Positions 56,581 through 64,000 of a stretch of 64,000 nt of DNA are shown piece by piece. Source of the stretch: a virus. Under the pieces are notes generated by a model that ran no database searches, was not told the DNA's origin, and worked only from the letters and a program-made list of their open reading frames with translations. The first letter of the stretch is position 1. Every line of letters starts with the position of its first letter. The stretch is from IMG/VR virus record IMGVR_UViG_3300027863_000020, positions 86,818-150,817 of that record. The stretch is one strand, 5' to 3'. Made by a program: the position numbers and the translations under genes.

Positions 56581-57453
56581 TTATTTGGTCATCAATGACA
56601 ATCCGTTGATTGTCACCGACCCCTTTCCTTTTGGTGTCCAGAAATAGAACGACAACTTGGCTACTCCACAACTGGATTCGGAGCAGAAGCCAACGCCACA
56701 CAATCCATCCACGCAATACTCAAAAACTATTGCAGATTGAGGGAAATCCGAAGATAGATTGTAAATCCATCCATCGCCATTGCTATCCATGAATGGAGAC
56801 GGTGTTGATCCACCCCTTCTCGAATCAAAATAACCACCAACATTTGATTCATAAACGAATCCATAAAAAGAGGGAAGCAGGGCTTCGACTTTGCTATGGA
56901 TCATTGTGTCGATTATGTTGACCATTTGTCCATCGACATAATCGCTCCTATGAATGAAAGTAGTATCATATCCGATGTTTCTCACCGAATCGGCATACAC
57001 GGACTTCAAGTACATTCCGATGATGTTATGGAAGTCGATGTCCGATGAAATTGAATACTCAATCTGAATCATGGTGTTCCCGCCAAGCCAAGAACCTTCA
57101 TCCTTTGCATCATAGTCGATCCTGATTGACGAATCCGAAATAACCTTCAATGTGGCGGTTGATGTGGGGCTAGGTACTGCTGTCTTTCCATTATCATAGA
57201 TCACCTTTACAACTGGTGCTCCAATGGTGGAGAGAAGAAGAGTGTCGGACAATCCATCCGATACCGAAGCACTGGACTGGATTGACGAACGGAGTTCCGA
57301 AGAACTGGATTGGTCAATCTGGGAACTACTGGATACGGTGATACTGGAACTGAATGAATCGTCAATCGGCTCTTCGTATGCCATAGTGGATACCCCTTGC
57401 TCGTTGCAAGCAAAGAGTATGAAAGCGATTAGGATGATGATTAGCTTTTTCAT
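56581..57453 (-). CDS. lipoprotein with Ser-rich linker
   Basis: MKKLIIILIAFILFA-C lipobox; SSS/SSSS tracts; AGGAG RBS. Confidence 0.8.
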   Translation of the reverse strand: MKKLIIILIAFILFACNEQGVSTMAYEEPIDDSFSSSITVSSSSQIDQSSSSELRSSIQSSASVSDGLSDTLLLSTIGAPVVKVIYDNGKTAVPSPTSTATLKVISDSSIRIDYDAKDEGSWLGGNTMIQIEYSISSDIDFHNIIGMYLKSVYADSVRNIGYDTTFIHRSDYVDGQMVNIIDTMIHSKVEALLPSFYGFVYESNVGGYFDSRRGGSTPSPFMDSNGDGWIYNLSSDFPQSAIVFEYCVDGLCGVGFCSESSCGVAKLSFYFWTPKGKGSVTINGLSLMTK

Positions 57454-57471
57454 GGTTGTCTCCTGTTTTGG

Positions 57472-57849
57472 TTAAAGTCCGATAATGGGATTGAATCCCT
57501 TGAAGTGTTCTTGAATCGTTTTCTTTGCCCACCGATCTGGTTCTGGATTGATTCCAAGCAATTCCAGTTCGGCCTTGATTGTCTTGTAGCGGTGGATACC
57601 TTCTTCGGTGGCATCGCAAGTATTGTCTTCGGATATGGTCACAAGACCAGAGAGGTATTGGTCAATGCGCCCACGAACGAATGCGATTGCATTGTCCGTG
57701 TCTTCATATTCTTGACCGCCCACATCGGCAACCAGAGCACCGATTGGCTCACCGAATTGACGAAAGCATTGGTTCCATAAAACCACGGAACGGAGAATGG
57801 AATAGTCAAGGACATCCATTTTAGCCAAGCGATTGAAGGTCACGATCAT
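57472..57849 (-). CDS. hypothetical protein
   Basis: ATGA-coupled. Confidence 0.6.
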   Translation of the reverse strand: MIVTFNRLAKMDVLDYSILRSVVLWNQCFRQFGEPIGALVADVGGQEYEDTDNAIAFVRGRIDQYLSGLVTISEDNTCDATEEGIHRYKTIKAELELLGINPEPDRWAKKTIQEHFKGFNPIIGL

Positions 57850-58136
57850 TTGGATTCCCCCTTGCTTGTATCGACTTCCCGAATGAGCATCCAATTCATC
57901 CGTGTGCGTGATACGATTCCTTTCTCTGCCAACTCTTCACAAAGTTTATTCCTGTGGGAGAGCATGGTCATAATGGAATCATCCAATGCCTTGAGTTCTT
58001 CCGCTCCATCAAGAACGGTCACTCCAAGAGTCTTCCCAAGATTGGCGAATCCCATCATTACCATCCTTGGGATAGAGAACACGAACTTCGCGATCTGTCC
58101 GACCGTTATGTTCGATATTGTATCAATCTTTCCCAT
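57846..58136 (-). CDS. hypothetical protein
   Basis: Behind promoter 58179-58207. Confidence 0.6.
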   Translation of the reverse strand: MGKIDTISNITVGQIAKFVFSIPRMVMMGFANLGKTLGVTVLDGAEELKALDDSIMTMLSHRNKLCEELAEKGIVSRTRMNWMLIREVDTSKGESK

Positions 58137-58178
58137 TTTTCAACCTATCATATATGCGGGATTATTCCCTACTCTTTC

Positions 58179-58207
58179 AATGTATCTTGTTTAGTACAAA
58201 AAGTCAA
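58179..58207 (-). promoter_or_regulatory. early-type promoter with ACAAGATACA box overlapping the -10
   Basis: TTGACT-TTTTGTACTAAACAAGA-TACATT. Confidence 0.7.
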
Positions 58208-58245
58208 GGGGTTTTGAAAAATAAGTTCAAACCCCCTAAATTGAC

Positions 58246-58809
58246 TCAAAATGTGGATTCCATCGCATCAATCTGGAATTGATCGTAGATTGATTGCAAG
58301 AAGTCCTTTACGGATACAGGTGTATTTGGCGTGTGGTAGCCCTCATAGCCCGTATGATCGGTGATTGATAGGAAGAATGGGGAGTTGTGCAATGGAGAGT
58401 TGGAATGCCCGAAAATGCACTTGTAAAAGGTCTTCTTCATGGCATCAATCATACATTCCCGATAAATCTCTTCTAGGGTCTGTGGCATGGGTTCTCGGAT
58501 AACGACCAACTTGGTCAATACCCACCCATCCTTCTTGTCAAACATTTCGATTGACGCTAGATAGAACTCATCACGCCCGACACAACGCCCGAAGAAGTCG
58601 ATCTTGTATCCATCACGCTTTGAAGCGGGGATCAGTTTGAGGTAATAGTCGGGGTCTTCGTTTAGGTGTGTCAGTGCAATACGCAATGCTTCATTGGGGT
58701 CATCGGTATGCTCATATTCTTCGGTCTGCCCGACCGATACTTGAGCGAGTTTGGAAGCATCTTCATCGCCCAAGAAATAGTCGGCTTGTTCTTCAATGAG
58801 GTTCCGCAT
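58246..58809 (-). CDS. LxEQ-tagged protein with DUF5661-like domain
   Basis: MRNLIEEQADYFLG; G..EEYEHTDD...ALRIAL.HL.EDPDYY.KL. Confidence 0.7.
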   Translation of the reverse strand: MRNLIEEQADYFLGDEDASKLAQVSVGQTEEYEHTDDPNEALRIALTHLNEDPDYYLKLIPASKRDGYKIDFFGRCVGRDEFYLASIEMFDKKDGWVLTKLVVIREPMPQTLEEIYRECMIDAMKKTFYKCIFGHSNSPLHNSPFFLSITDHTGYEGYHTPNTPVSVKDFLQSIYDQFQIDAMESTF

Positions 58810-58810
58810 A

Positions 58811-59074
58811 TTACTCCTTGGTCTGTGACTTCTCTTGGGTCTTCTCAATCGGGGCTTGTTCCTTGAACTTGATACCGAACAAGGACGCAATGTTTCCCTG
58901 CACAATGGCGATTGACAGAGCCATAAGGATAGCAAGGATACCCAATTGAATGATCTTCGATGATCGGATGGTATTGGTGATTGATTGAACGATGGTCACT
59001 TTCGGATCGGAATTTTCCTCAATCGGGGTATCGACCTGTTCGATGTCATCAATTTGTTTGCGTCTTTTCGGCAT
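58811..59074 (-). CDS. small single-TM late protein
   Basis: One hydrophobic helix; follows gp5. Confidence 0.6.
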   Translation of the reverse strand: MPKRRKQIDDIEQVDTPIEENSDPKVTIVQSITNTIRSSKIIQLGILAILMALSIAIVQGNIASLFGIKFKEQAPIEKTQEKSQTKE

Positions 59075-59083
59075 CGCTCTCTC

Positions 59084-59809
59084 CTAAATGTCGTTCGATT
59101 TGACAAAGCAATTCTTGGCAATCTTCCCTTGGTGTGGTGCGCCCGTGAGAAGACAGGTAGGCAACGCACAAAAAGGGCCACCCATAGCAGGGTTGGGTTG
59201 CACTTGGCATCCAGTGTCGTTCTTTACTTCGAGAGTCCCCGCTTCGAGAACCACATTTCCAGAACAGATCAATTTGATGTCGGAAGTCGTTGCGCTATTG
59301 TCAATCTGGATATTTCCAGAATCATCCATGAGGATTCGGAGACCGCTATCATGTCGGAACTCCATTCGAGACCTAGCCCGATTGTATGCGAGATACCCAC
59401 CGTTATCGCTTTCCCAAAACACTAGGGTATCTGGGTAGTCTTCCAATCTGGATTCTGGAAGGTTCTCTTTATGAAGAACTTTGGTGGTGTAATGCGGGGC
59501 ATAGATCAGACCATTCTTCAAGTACACATGGACTAACCCGCCAATGGGAGGAACGATGAACGATCCCATCAACGATCCAATATGCGTCTGGTCTGGAATT
59601 GCCCAAGGAAGATCGTCTGTGGGGATGTCCGTGCCATACACGGAAGGAATGCGGATTTTGCACCGCCCCAACTTTTCGGGATCGTCATTTTCTTCAACGA
59701 TACCTACATAGAGCTTATCATATCCACGGGTCGAGACACTATTGAGGATTGCCCGAAGGCTATCCTCAATGTCCTTTCCCATCACTTGTGCGTATGGTTT
59801 ATTGTCCAT
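59084..59809 (-). CDS. baseplate central spike gp5/gpV-like (OB fold, no lysozyme domain)
   Basis: GIVEENDDPEKLGRCKIRIP..LPWA..VPPIG; C-terminal CALPTCLLTGAPH. Confidence 0.88.
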   Translation of the reverse strand: MDNKPYAQVMGKDIEDSLRAILNSVSTRGYDKLYVGIVEENDDPEKLGRCKIRIPSVYGTDIPTDDLPWAIPDQTHIGSLMGSFIVPPIGGLVHVYLKNGLIYAPHYTTKVLHKENLPESRLEDYPDTLVFWESDNGGYLAYNRARSRMEFRHDSGLRILMDDSGNIQIDNSATTSDIKLICSGNVVLEAGTLEVKNDTGCQVQPNPAMGGPFCALPTCLLTGAPHQGKIAKNCFVKSNDI

Positions 59810-59813
59810 ACCA

Positions 59814-60575
59814 CTATTTAGGTGGTGGTAAATTCCGTGTAAAATTCAATGGAAGATGCAGAGGCCATTCGTCACATTCAATAGACGGATCGACCGTATC
59901 GACATCCTGTGTCAAATGGTCAATGATGAGCTTCGCAGATTCCATGAGGGTTGTCAAATCGTAGTTATTCTCCACGATGTAATCGAACCAATCATCATCA
60001 AGCCCCGCTTCGGAAGCATGACCAATGACACCAGTAGATTGAGCACTGTTTCGGACAACCTTGATGCGGACAACTTCAATGAACTGCCTCTCTTCGATGG
60101 AGAACTGTTCTTCGATTGACGCTTCATTTTCAAAACGAAGGTCGGTACAGATCACAATATTTGTTTGAGTAATGTCGAGTTCACGGACGGCCTTGGCGAA
60201 TCGTTTTGCCCATACATCCGAATCGGTCGCACGGCAAAATTCGGTTCCGATCTTCTGCAAGAACAGACGGGTCAATTCCGTTTTGTTCTCATACCAGTTA
60301 TCAGGATTCGTCTTGAGAGCCATGAGACGGTGGTAGAAGGACATTTCGGATGGATGTACACGGGAAATGACTTCATCAATTCGTTCGTTGATGATATTGA
60401 GAATGGGTTGAATATGGTCACGGCAATCATTCTTCAGCGCATCCGCAAACTTGATGATATTGACTGGTAAACCAGTACGGGTTCTAAATAGTTCCGCTTG
60501 GATCATCGACCCAAGAGTGTCCTTTCCAGACTGCATGACACCGTGGATAAGGATAATCGTCGTTGCCTTTCTCAT
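59814..60575 (-). CDS. deoxynucleoside monophosphate kinase (T4 gp1-like)
   Basis: G.MQSGKDT, FADALK, RLFLQKIGTE.CR, TDLRFENE, HASE. Confidence 0.92.
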   Translation of the reverse strand: MRKATTIILIHGVMQSGKDTLGSMIQAELFRTRTGLPVNIIKFADALKNDCRDHIQPILNIINERIDEVISRVHPSEMSFYHRLMALKTNPDNWYENKTELTRLFLQKIGTEFCRATDSDVWAKRFAKAVRELDITQTNIVICTDLRFENEASIEEQFSIEERQFIEVVRIKVVRNSAQSTGVIGHASEAGLDDDWFDYIVENNYDLTTLMESAKLIIDHLTQDVDTVDPSIECDEWPLHLPLNFTRNLPPPK

Positions 60576-61045
60576 TTCATGTTCCTCAATTTCGTCATTT
60601 CTTTGTAGGTGTTTCGGATACGATCCAACTCATCGGGGGAGAGAAGGGGGAGCATGGAACGGGCATCATTACACCCACATTCCATGATGTCGGAAATGGC
60701 TTCAATGTCTTTGGAGATACCATCGTCCCCTTTCTTGTTCAACCATTTCACATACATCCGCTTCTTGGGGAGCGCATAGAACATGAAACGGTAGTGGTCA
60801 ATATCGGTGAGATTTCGAGTGCAAGTTGCAAGCAAAGCGATTTCGCAAGTGACATGAGACATCGAAATGTAGCGATTGAATACAAACGGAGCATACCCAT
60901 TCAGATTGAGGTTCGCATCAATAGGAACCTTCTTCTCGGTCAAATCTTCGAGAAAGGCAAACGGGGAGCGGGAATTCTTTGGTGTCTTCTCATCGGAGAT
61001 AGCCACTGGTTCATCGGCATCAACGCCTTGTAGGAATTTACTCAT
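60572..61045 (-). CDS. clamp loader small subunit (gp62)
   Basis: SPFAFL..L, YAPFVFNRYIS, HYRFM..LPK..R.Y.KW. Confidence 0.85.
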   Translation of the reverse strand: MSKFLQGVDADEPVAISDEKTPKNSRSPFAFLEDLTEKKVPIDANLNLNGYAPFVFNRYISMSHVTCEIALLATCTRNLTDIDHYRFMFYALPKKRMYVKWLNKKGDDGISKDIEAISDIMECGCNDARSMLPLLSPDELDRIRNTYKEMTKLRNMK

Positions 61046-61051
61046 AATCGA

Positions 61052-61080
61052 AATATGTCCTGTTATCAATTTTCCGTCAA
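61052..61080 (-). promoter_or_regulatory. class-2 promoter TTGACG-17-CATATT
   Basis: TTGACGGAAAATTGATAACAGGACATATT. Confidence 0.7.
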
Positions 61081-61376
61081 TCGGTCAGGATGTCATCGGT
61101 CGGGGCATCATCGTCAAAGATGAGCCGTGGGTCTGGCAACCGCAATTCGGTCGATTCATGCACGGGAACAGGGGAAGAAATTGACAGATCGAACTCAACG
61201 GCTAGGTCTGTCAATTCTTCCATATCGGGGATGACGGTTAGGTGGTCGGTGTCAATCTCATTTCCCACAAGATCGAACATAACCCCCTTACACGCCAAAA
61301 GGGGAGTAGGTGCTTCCACCACAAAAACCTGAATTCTGCTTTCGTAAAGATTGGCAACACCTACTGCATAGCGCAT
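61077..61376 (-). CDS. hypothetical protein
   Basis: Tiling with neighbours. Confidence 0.55.
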   Translation of the reverse strand: MRYAVGVANLYESRIQVFVVEAPTPLLACKGVMFDLVGNEIDTDHLTVIPDMEELTDLAVEFDLSISSPVPVHESTELRLPDPRLIFDDDAPTDDILTD

Positions 61377-61379
61377 AGT

Positions 61380-61574
61380 CTATAACCCTTTGATTTCCTT
61401 TTCCGACTTCTTCTTGTCCTGTACCTGTGAACGGATGGTCTGGGATGTCTTCCTGATTGACTGCATCAATTTCCGAAGACGGGTTCCCGCTGAAGCGTTC
61501 CCCTTGTTGAAGAACGCTTCGCCTTCCTTTTTCGCAGATTGGACAAGCCTTTCGAGTTCGTCCAAATGCTCCAT
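61380..61574 (-). CDS. Hc1-like (histone H1-like) small DNA-binding protein
   Basis: F..KGNASAGTRLRKLMQ.I.K....IR..VQ. Confidence 0.8.
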   Translation of the reverse strand: MEHLDELERLVQSAKKEGEAFFNKGNASAGTRLRKLMQSIRKTSQTIRSQVQDKKKSEKEIKGL

Positions 61575-61575
61575 G

Positions 61576-61947
61576 TTAAGCCTTGGCTCCAAAGGTGGCT
61601 TTCTTGGCCTTGGGAGCAACCTTCTTGACGGGCTTGGTCAGGACTGCGAGTTCCTTTTCCAGAGCCTTCAGAGCGGTCGCCTTGGTCTTCACGGTGGCCT
61701 TGGCATCGGCAATCTTGGTCTTGAGAGCCTTGGCATCATCCTTGGAGAGCTTGACCTTGGAAGGCTTGGAAAGGGCGACAACGGCCTTTTCAGCATCCTT
61801 CAGACCAGTCTTGGCAACCTTGATGGCTTCCTTCTTGGTCTGGATGGCTTGCTTTGCTTCGGCCTTCTGCTTGGCGAGAAGGGCTTTCTCTGCCTTCTTC
61901 TCTTCAGCGGTCTTGAAGCCATTGAGGGGGTTGGTGGACTTGGACAT
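61576..61947 (-). CDS. Lys/Ala-rich histone H1-like protein
   Basis: Strongly K/A-biased; GAGG RBS. Confidence 0.7.
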   Translation of the reverse strand: MSKSTNPLNGFKTAEEKKAEKALLAKQKAEAKQAIQTKKEAIKVAKTGLKDAEKAVVALSKPSKVKLSKDDAKALKTKIADAKATVKTKATALKALEKELAVLTKPVKKVAPKAKKATFGAKA

Positions 61948-61998
61948 GATGTACCTCTTTGTTTTTGGTTGTGGTTGTTCGCCTATTTGACTAGGGAA

Positions 61999-62946
61999 TT
62001 ACTTGTTTTCCATGTGGACGGAAATGAGATTGAGCACACAAGCACTGATAGTAATTTCTTGATCCAGTGAGCGGGTGGCTCGATCCATGTAATCATCCAG
62101 AATGATGATTGCTTGTGCTCTTGCCCCTTCGTTCAATTGAGGTACTAGCTCATCGAACATGGGGCGGTACAGGGTGGTCGGGTCGATTGACATTTCATTC
62201 ATCAAGATACGGAACTGCTTGTAGTTCCCGCCCATGATGCACTCCCACAATGGAGCATAATTGAACTCCACTTTGAGAATGGTCTTGTCAATCTTGCCAT
62301 ACATCGCATGGTATCGCTGAAGGGTCTGGTAAACCCTTCTGGTATCGGGGAACATACGCTCCACGAATTCGCCCACCACTGCGGGGTCATGCTCGACTTC
62401 TTCACGAACAAGAACCCTCGTAAAGAACTTGGTCAATTTCGGAACCATCTCTCCACGGTGTTCTGGATTGGTGAAAGAAAAGTCAAACTGTTCGCAACGG
62501 GAACGGAGGGGTTCGATGACCTTTTGCTCGTAGTTTGCGGTGAGGATGAAACGGCAATTGGACGCATACTTCTCGATGGCGGCACGGAGAGCCTTCTGTA
62601 ATTGAGGGCTTGCACCGTCCACCTCATCCATCAAGACAACCTTCAGACGGTTTCCGATAGCCTTGGTGATGGCAAACCCGTCAATCTGCTCATTGAGGGT
62701 GTCCTTACCAGAATCTTGGGACACATTGATGTAGAGCATTTCCGCATCAATGTCGGAACAGATAGCCTTGGCAATAGTAGTCTTTCCAGAACCGGGCTTC
62801 CTCGAATAAAGGAACAGGTTGGGAAGAGTTCGTTCGCCACGGACAATCTGCCCGAAGAACGAAGCGTATGCCGAAGGCAAGATCATCCTTTCGACTGAAG
62901 GACAACGATACTTCTCAAACCAAATGGCATCACGAATTTCTTGCAC
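61999..62946 (-). CDS. clamp loader large subunit (gp44, RFC-like AAA+)
   Basis: WFEKYR, PGSGKTT, MDEVDG, QKALR, CRFILTANY, PLRSRC. Confidence 0.95.
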   Translation of the reverse strand: MQEIRDAIWFEKYRCPSVERMILPSAYASFFGQIVRGERTLPNLFLYSRKPGSGKTTIAKAICSDIDAEMLYINVSQDSGKDTLNEQIDGFAITKAIGNRLKVVLMDEVDGASPQLQKALRAAIEKYASNCRFILTANYEQKVIEPLRSRCEQFDFSFTNPEHRGEMVPKLTKFFTRVLVREEVEHDPAVVGEFVERMFPDTRRVYQTLQRYHAMYGKIDKTILKVEFNYAPLWECIMGGNYKQFRILMNEMSIDPTTLYRPMFDELVPQLNEGARAQAIIILDDYMDRATRSLDQEITISACVLNLISVHMENK

Positions 62947-62960
62947 GGCACACTCCTTGG

Positions 62961-63704
62961 TTAAACGCCTTCGTCAATTGCGGTCGCACGGATAGACAGA
63001 TTGATACCTTCGGTCTTGAGGAAGAACGAAAGCAGACCTTGGGAAGAGACTTCCACCTTGTAGTCACCAGAGGGGAGCTTGGAAATGATGGAGGCGGGGA
63101 ACATCTGGGACAAGTCAGTGCGTTCGCCATTGTCGCCTTCGACATGACCTTCACCAGTTTCGGCCTTGTTCGGATCGACCTTGAAGGAATAGTCGTTTCC
63201 AGACTTGGAATTGAGCATGGTGATGAGAACCGCATCTTCATCGGCAACGGACTTGATGATGATACGATCAGCAGAGATCAGACCCGCCTTGGAGCGAATG
63301 TTGGCACGGAGCTTGTCGGTCATGGTGAACACGAATTCGGGTTCCGTGGGGTCGATTGCCTTGAAAGTACCCTTGATGTATTGACGGTCATGGGTCTTGT
63401 AGGTGAATGCGTCCTTGGAATCGACATCCACGATCTTGAGGCGATCATCGCCATGCTGTTCGATACTGGTGTGCTCGAATGCGCTGAAGAGGTCATGGAA
63501 TTCGGGGAATGCGAAGAAACCCATGTACGCACCATTGAACCCGAATGTTTCAGCGGGGGCAATGAGTTCGTAGAAGATGTCCTTGGTCGCATTCATGTGG
63601 CGAACCACATTCATGTTGCTAACCTCATCACGAACGATCAACACGCTTGGATTGACCGATGTGAGAGATTTCAGAAGTTCAATGTATTCTTTGCTAATCT
63701 GCAT
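62961..63704 (-). CDS. DNA sliding clamp (gp45)
   Basis: MQISK..IELLKSL.SVNPS, LPSGDYKVEVS; directly upstream of gp44. Confidence 0.85.
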   Translation of the reverse strand: MQISKEYIELLKSLTSVNPSVLIVRDEVSNMNVVRHMNATKDIFYELIAPAETFGFNGAYMGFFAFPEFHDLFSAFEHTSIEQHGDDRLKIVDVDSKDAFTYKTHDRQYIKGTFKAIDPTEPEFVFTMTDKLRANIRSKAGLISADRIIIKSVADEDAVLITMLNSKSGNDYSFKVDPNKAETGEGHVEGDNGERTDLSQMFPASIISKLPSGDYKVEVSSQGLLSFFLKTEGINLSIRATAIDEGV

Positions 63705-63731
63705 AGCGTTCCTTTTGTTTGGGTGACTTTC

Positions 63732-64000
63732 TTACTTTGCAAGGCGTTTGTAGATGGTCTCTTCGGTAGCAACCATGAACCGAATACCGATCTTGTGAAA
63801 TTGATGTCGGGCGGCTTTCCATTTGGCTTCGTTGGTGAGCCATGTTGCTTGAGCAACGGCAAACCGATTGACGGCATCCCGTGTCTTTCTCTTTGGGGGG
63901 ACGGGAGGGGAACACTCTTCCAATGGCTTGACCTCGACAACCCATCGACCGATATTACCCGCACGGTCAATGACTTCCACATAAAGGTCTGGGAAGTAGC
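63732..64000 (-). CDS. head completion nuclease gp4 (TnsA-like), 5'-truncated by the window
   Basis: YFPDLYV..VVEVKP..NEAKWKAA..F.VATE. Confidence 0.85.
   Translation of the reverse strand, partial: YFPDLYVEVIDRAGNIGRWVVEVKPLEECSPPVPPKRKTRDAVNRFAVAQATWLTNEAKWKAARHQFHKIGIRFMVATEETIYKRLAK

Noticed and set aside
61984-61990. TCAAATA as a late promoter for the histone-like genes
   Set aside because: Mismatches the (A/C)TAAATA consensus; insufficient support
1-64000. Stop-codon reassignment, tRNAs, introns/inteins, DGR
   Set aside because: Conserved genes are full length and end in TAA, TGA and TAG; no cloverleaf, reverse transcriptase, homing endonuclease or intein motifs were seen by eye

Overview
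This window is a dense segment of a large T4-like (myovirus or jumbo-type) phage genome in the standard genetic code, with genes mostly on the - strand. Recognisable T4-superfamily genes include regA, gp3, a gp27-like hub, gp53, a gp48/54-like protein, a tape-measure-like protein, gp26/gp51, gp6, a gp7-like wedge, gp25, gp5, dNMP kinase, gp62/gp44/gp45 and a partial gp4. It also carries a peptidase M15 endolysin, a sigma70-type factor, ThyX, a 5'(3')-nucleotidase, NADAR, a patatin, a degenerate DHFR, three glycosyltransferases, histone-like proteins and blocks of small hypothetical genes. Three promoter classes can be read directly from the DNA: TTGACT-17-TATATT with an ACAAGATACA box, TTGAC(A/G)-17-CA(T/C)ATT, and late (A/C)TAAATA. 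The most notable unexplained signals are: (1) a portable [RK]-[NS]-x-[LI]-[EM]-E-Q-x-x-[HY]-[LF]-L-[GE] peptide tag on several unrelated late acidic proteins, a candidate new capsid-targeting signal; (2) a late-only patatin + pseudo-DHFR operon whose RBS is locked in a hairpin; (3) a stand-alone ~57-nt sRNA with an anti-Shine-Dalgarno loop; (4) a U9 slippery site joining gp26 to a gp51-like frame; and (5) systematic leaderless-type promoter-ATG spacing. All family calls are motif recognition by eye; no searches were run.
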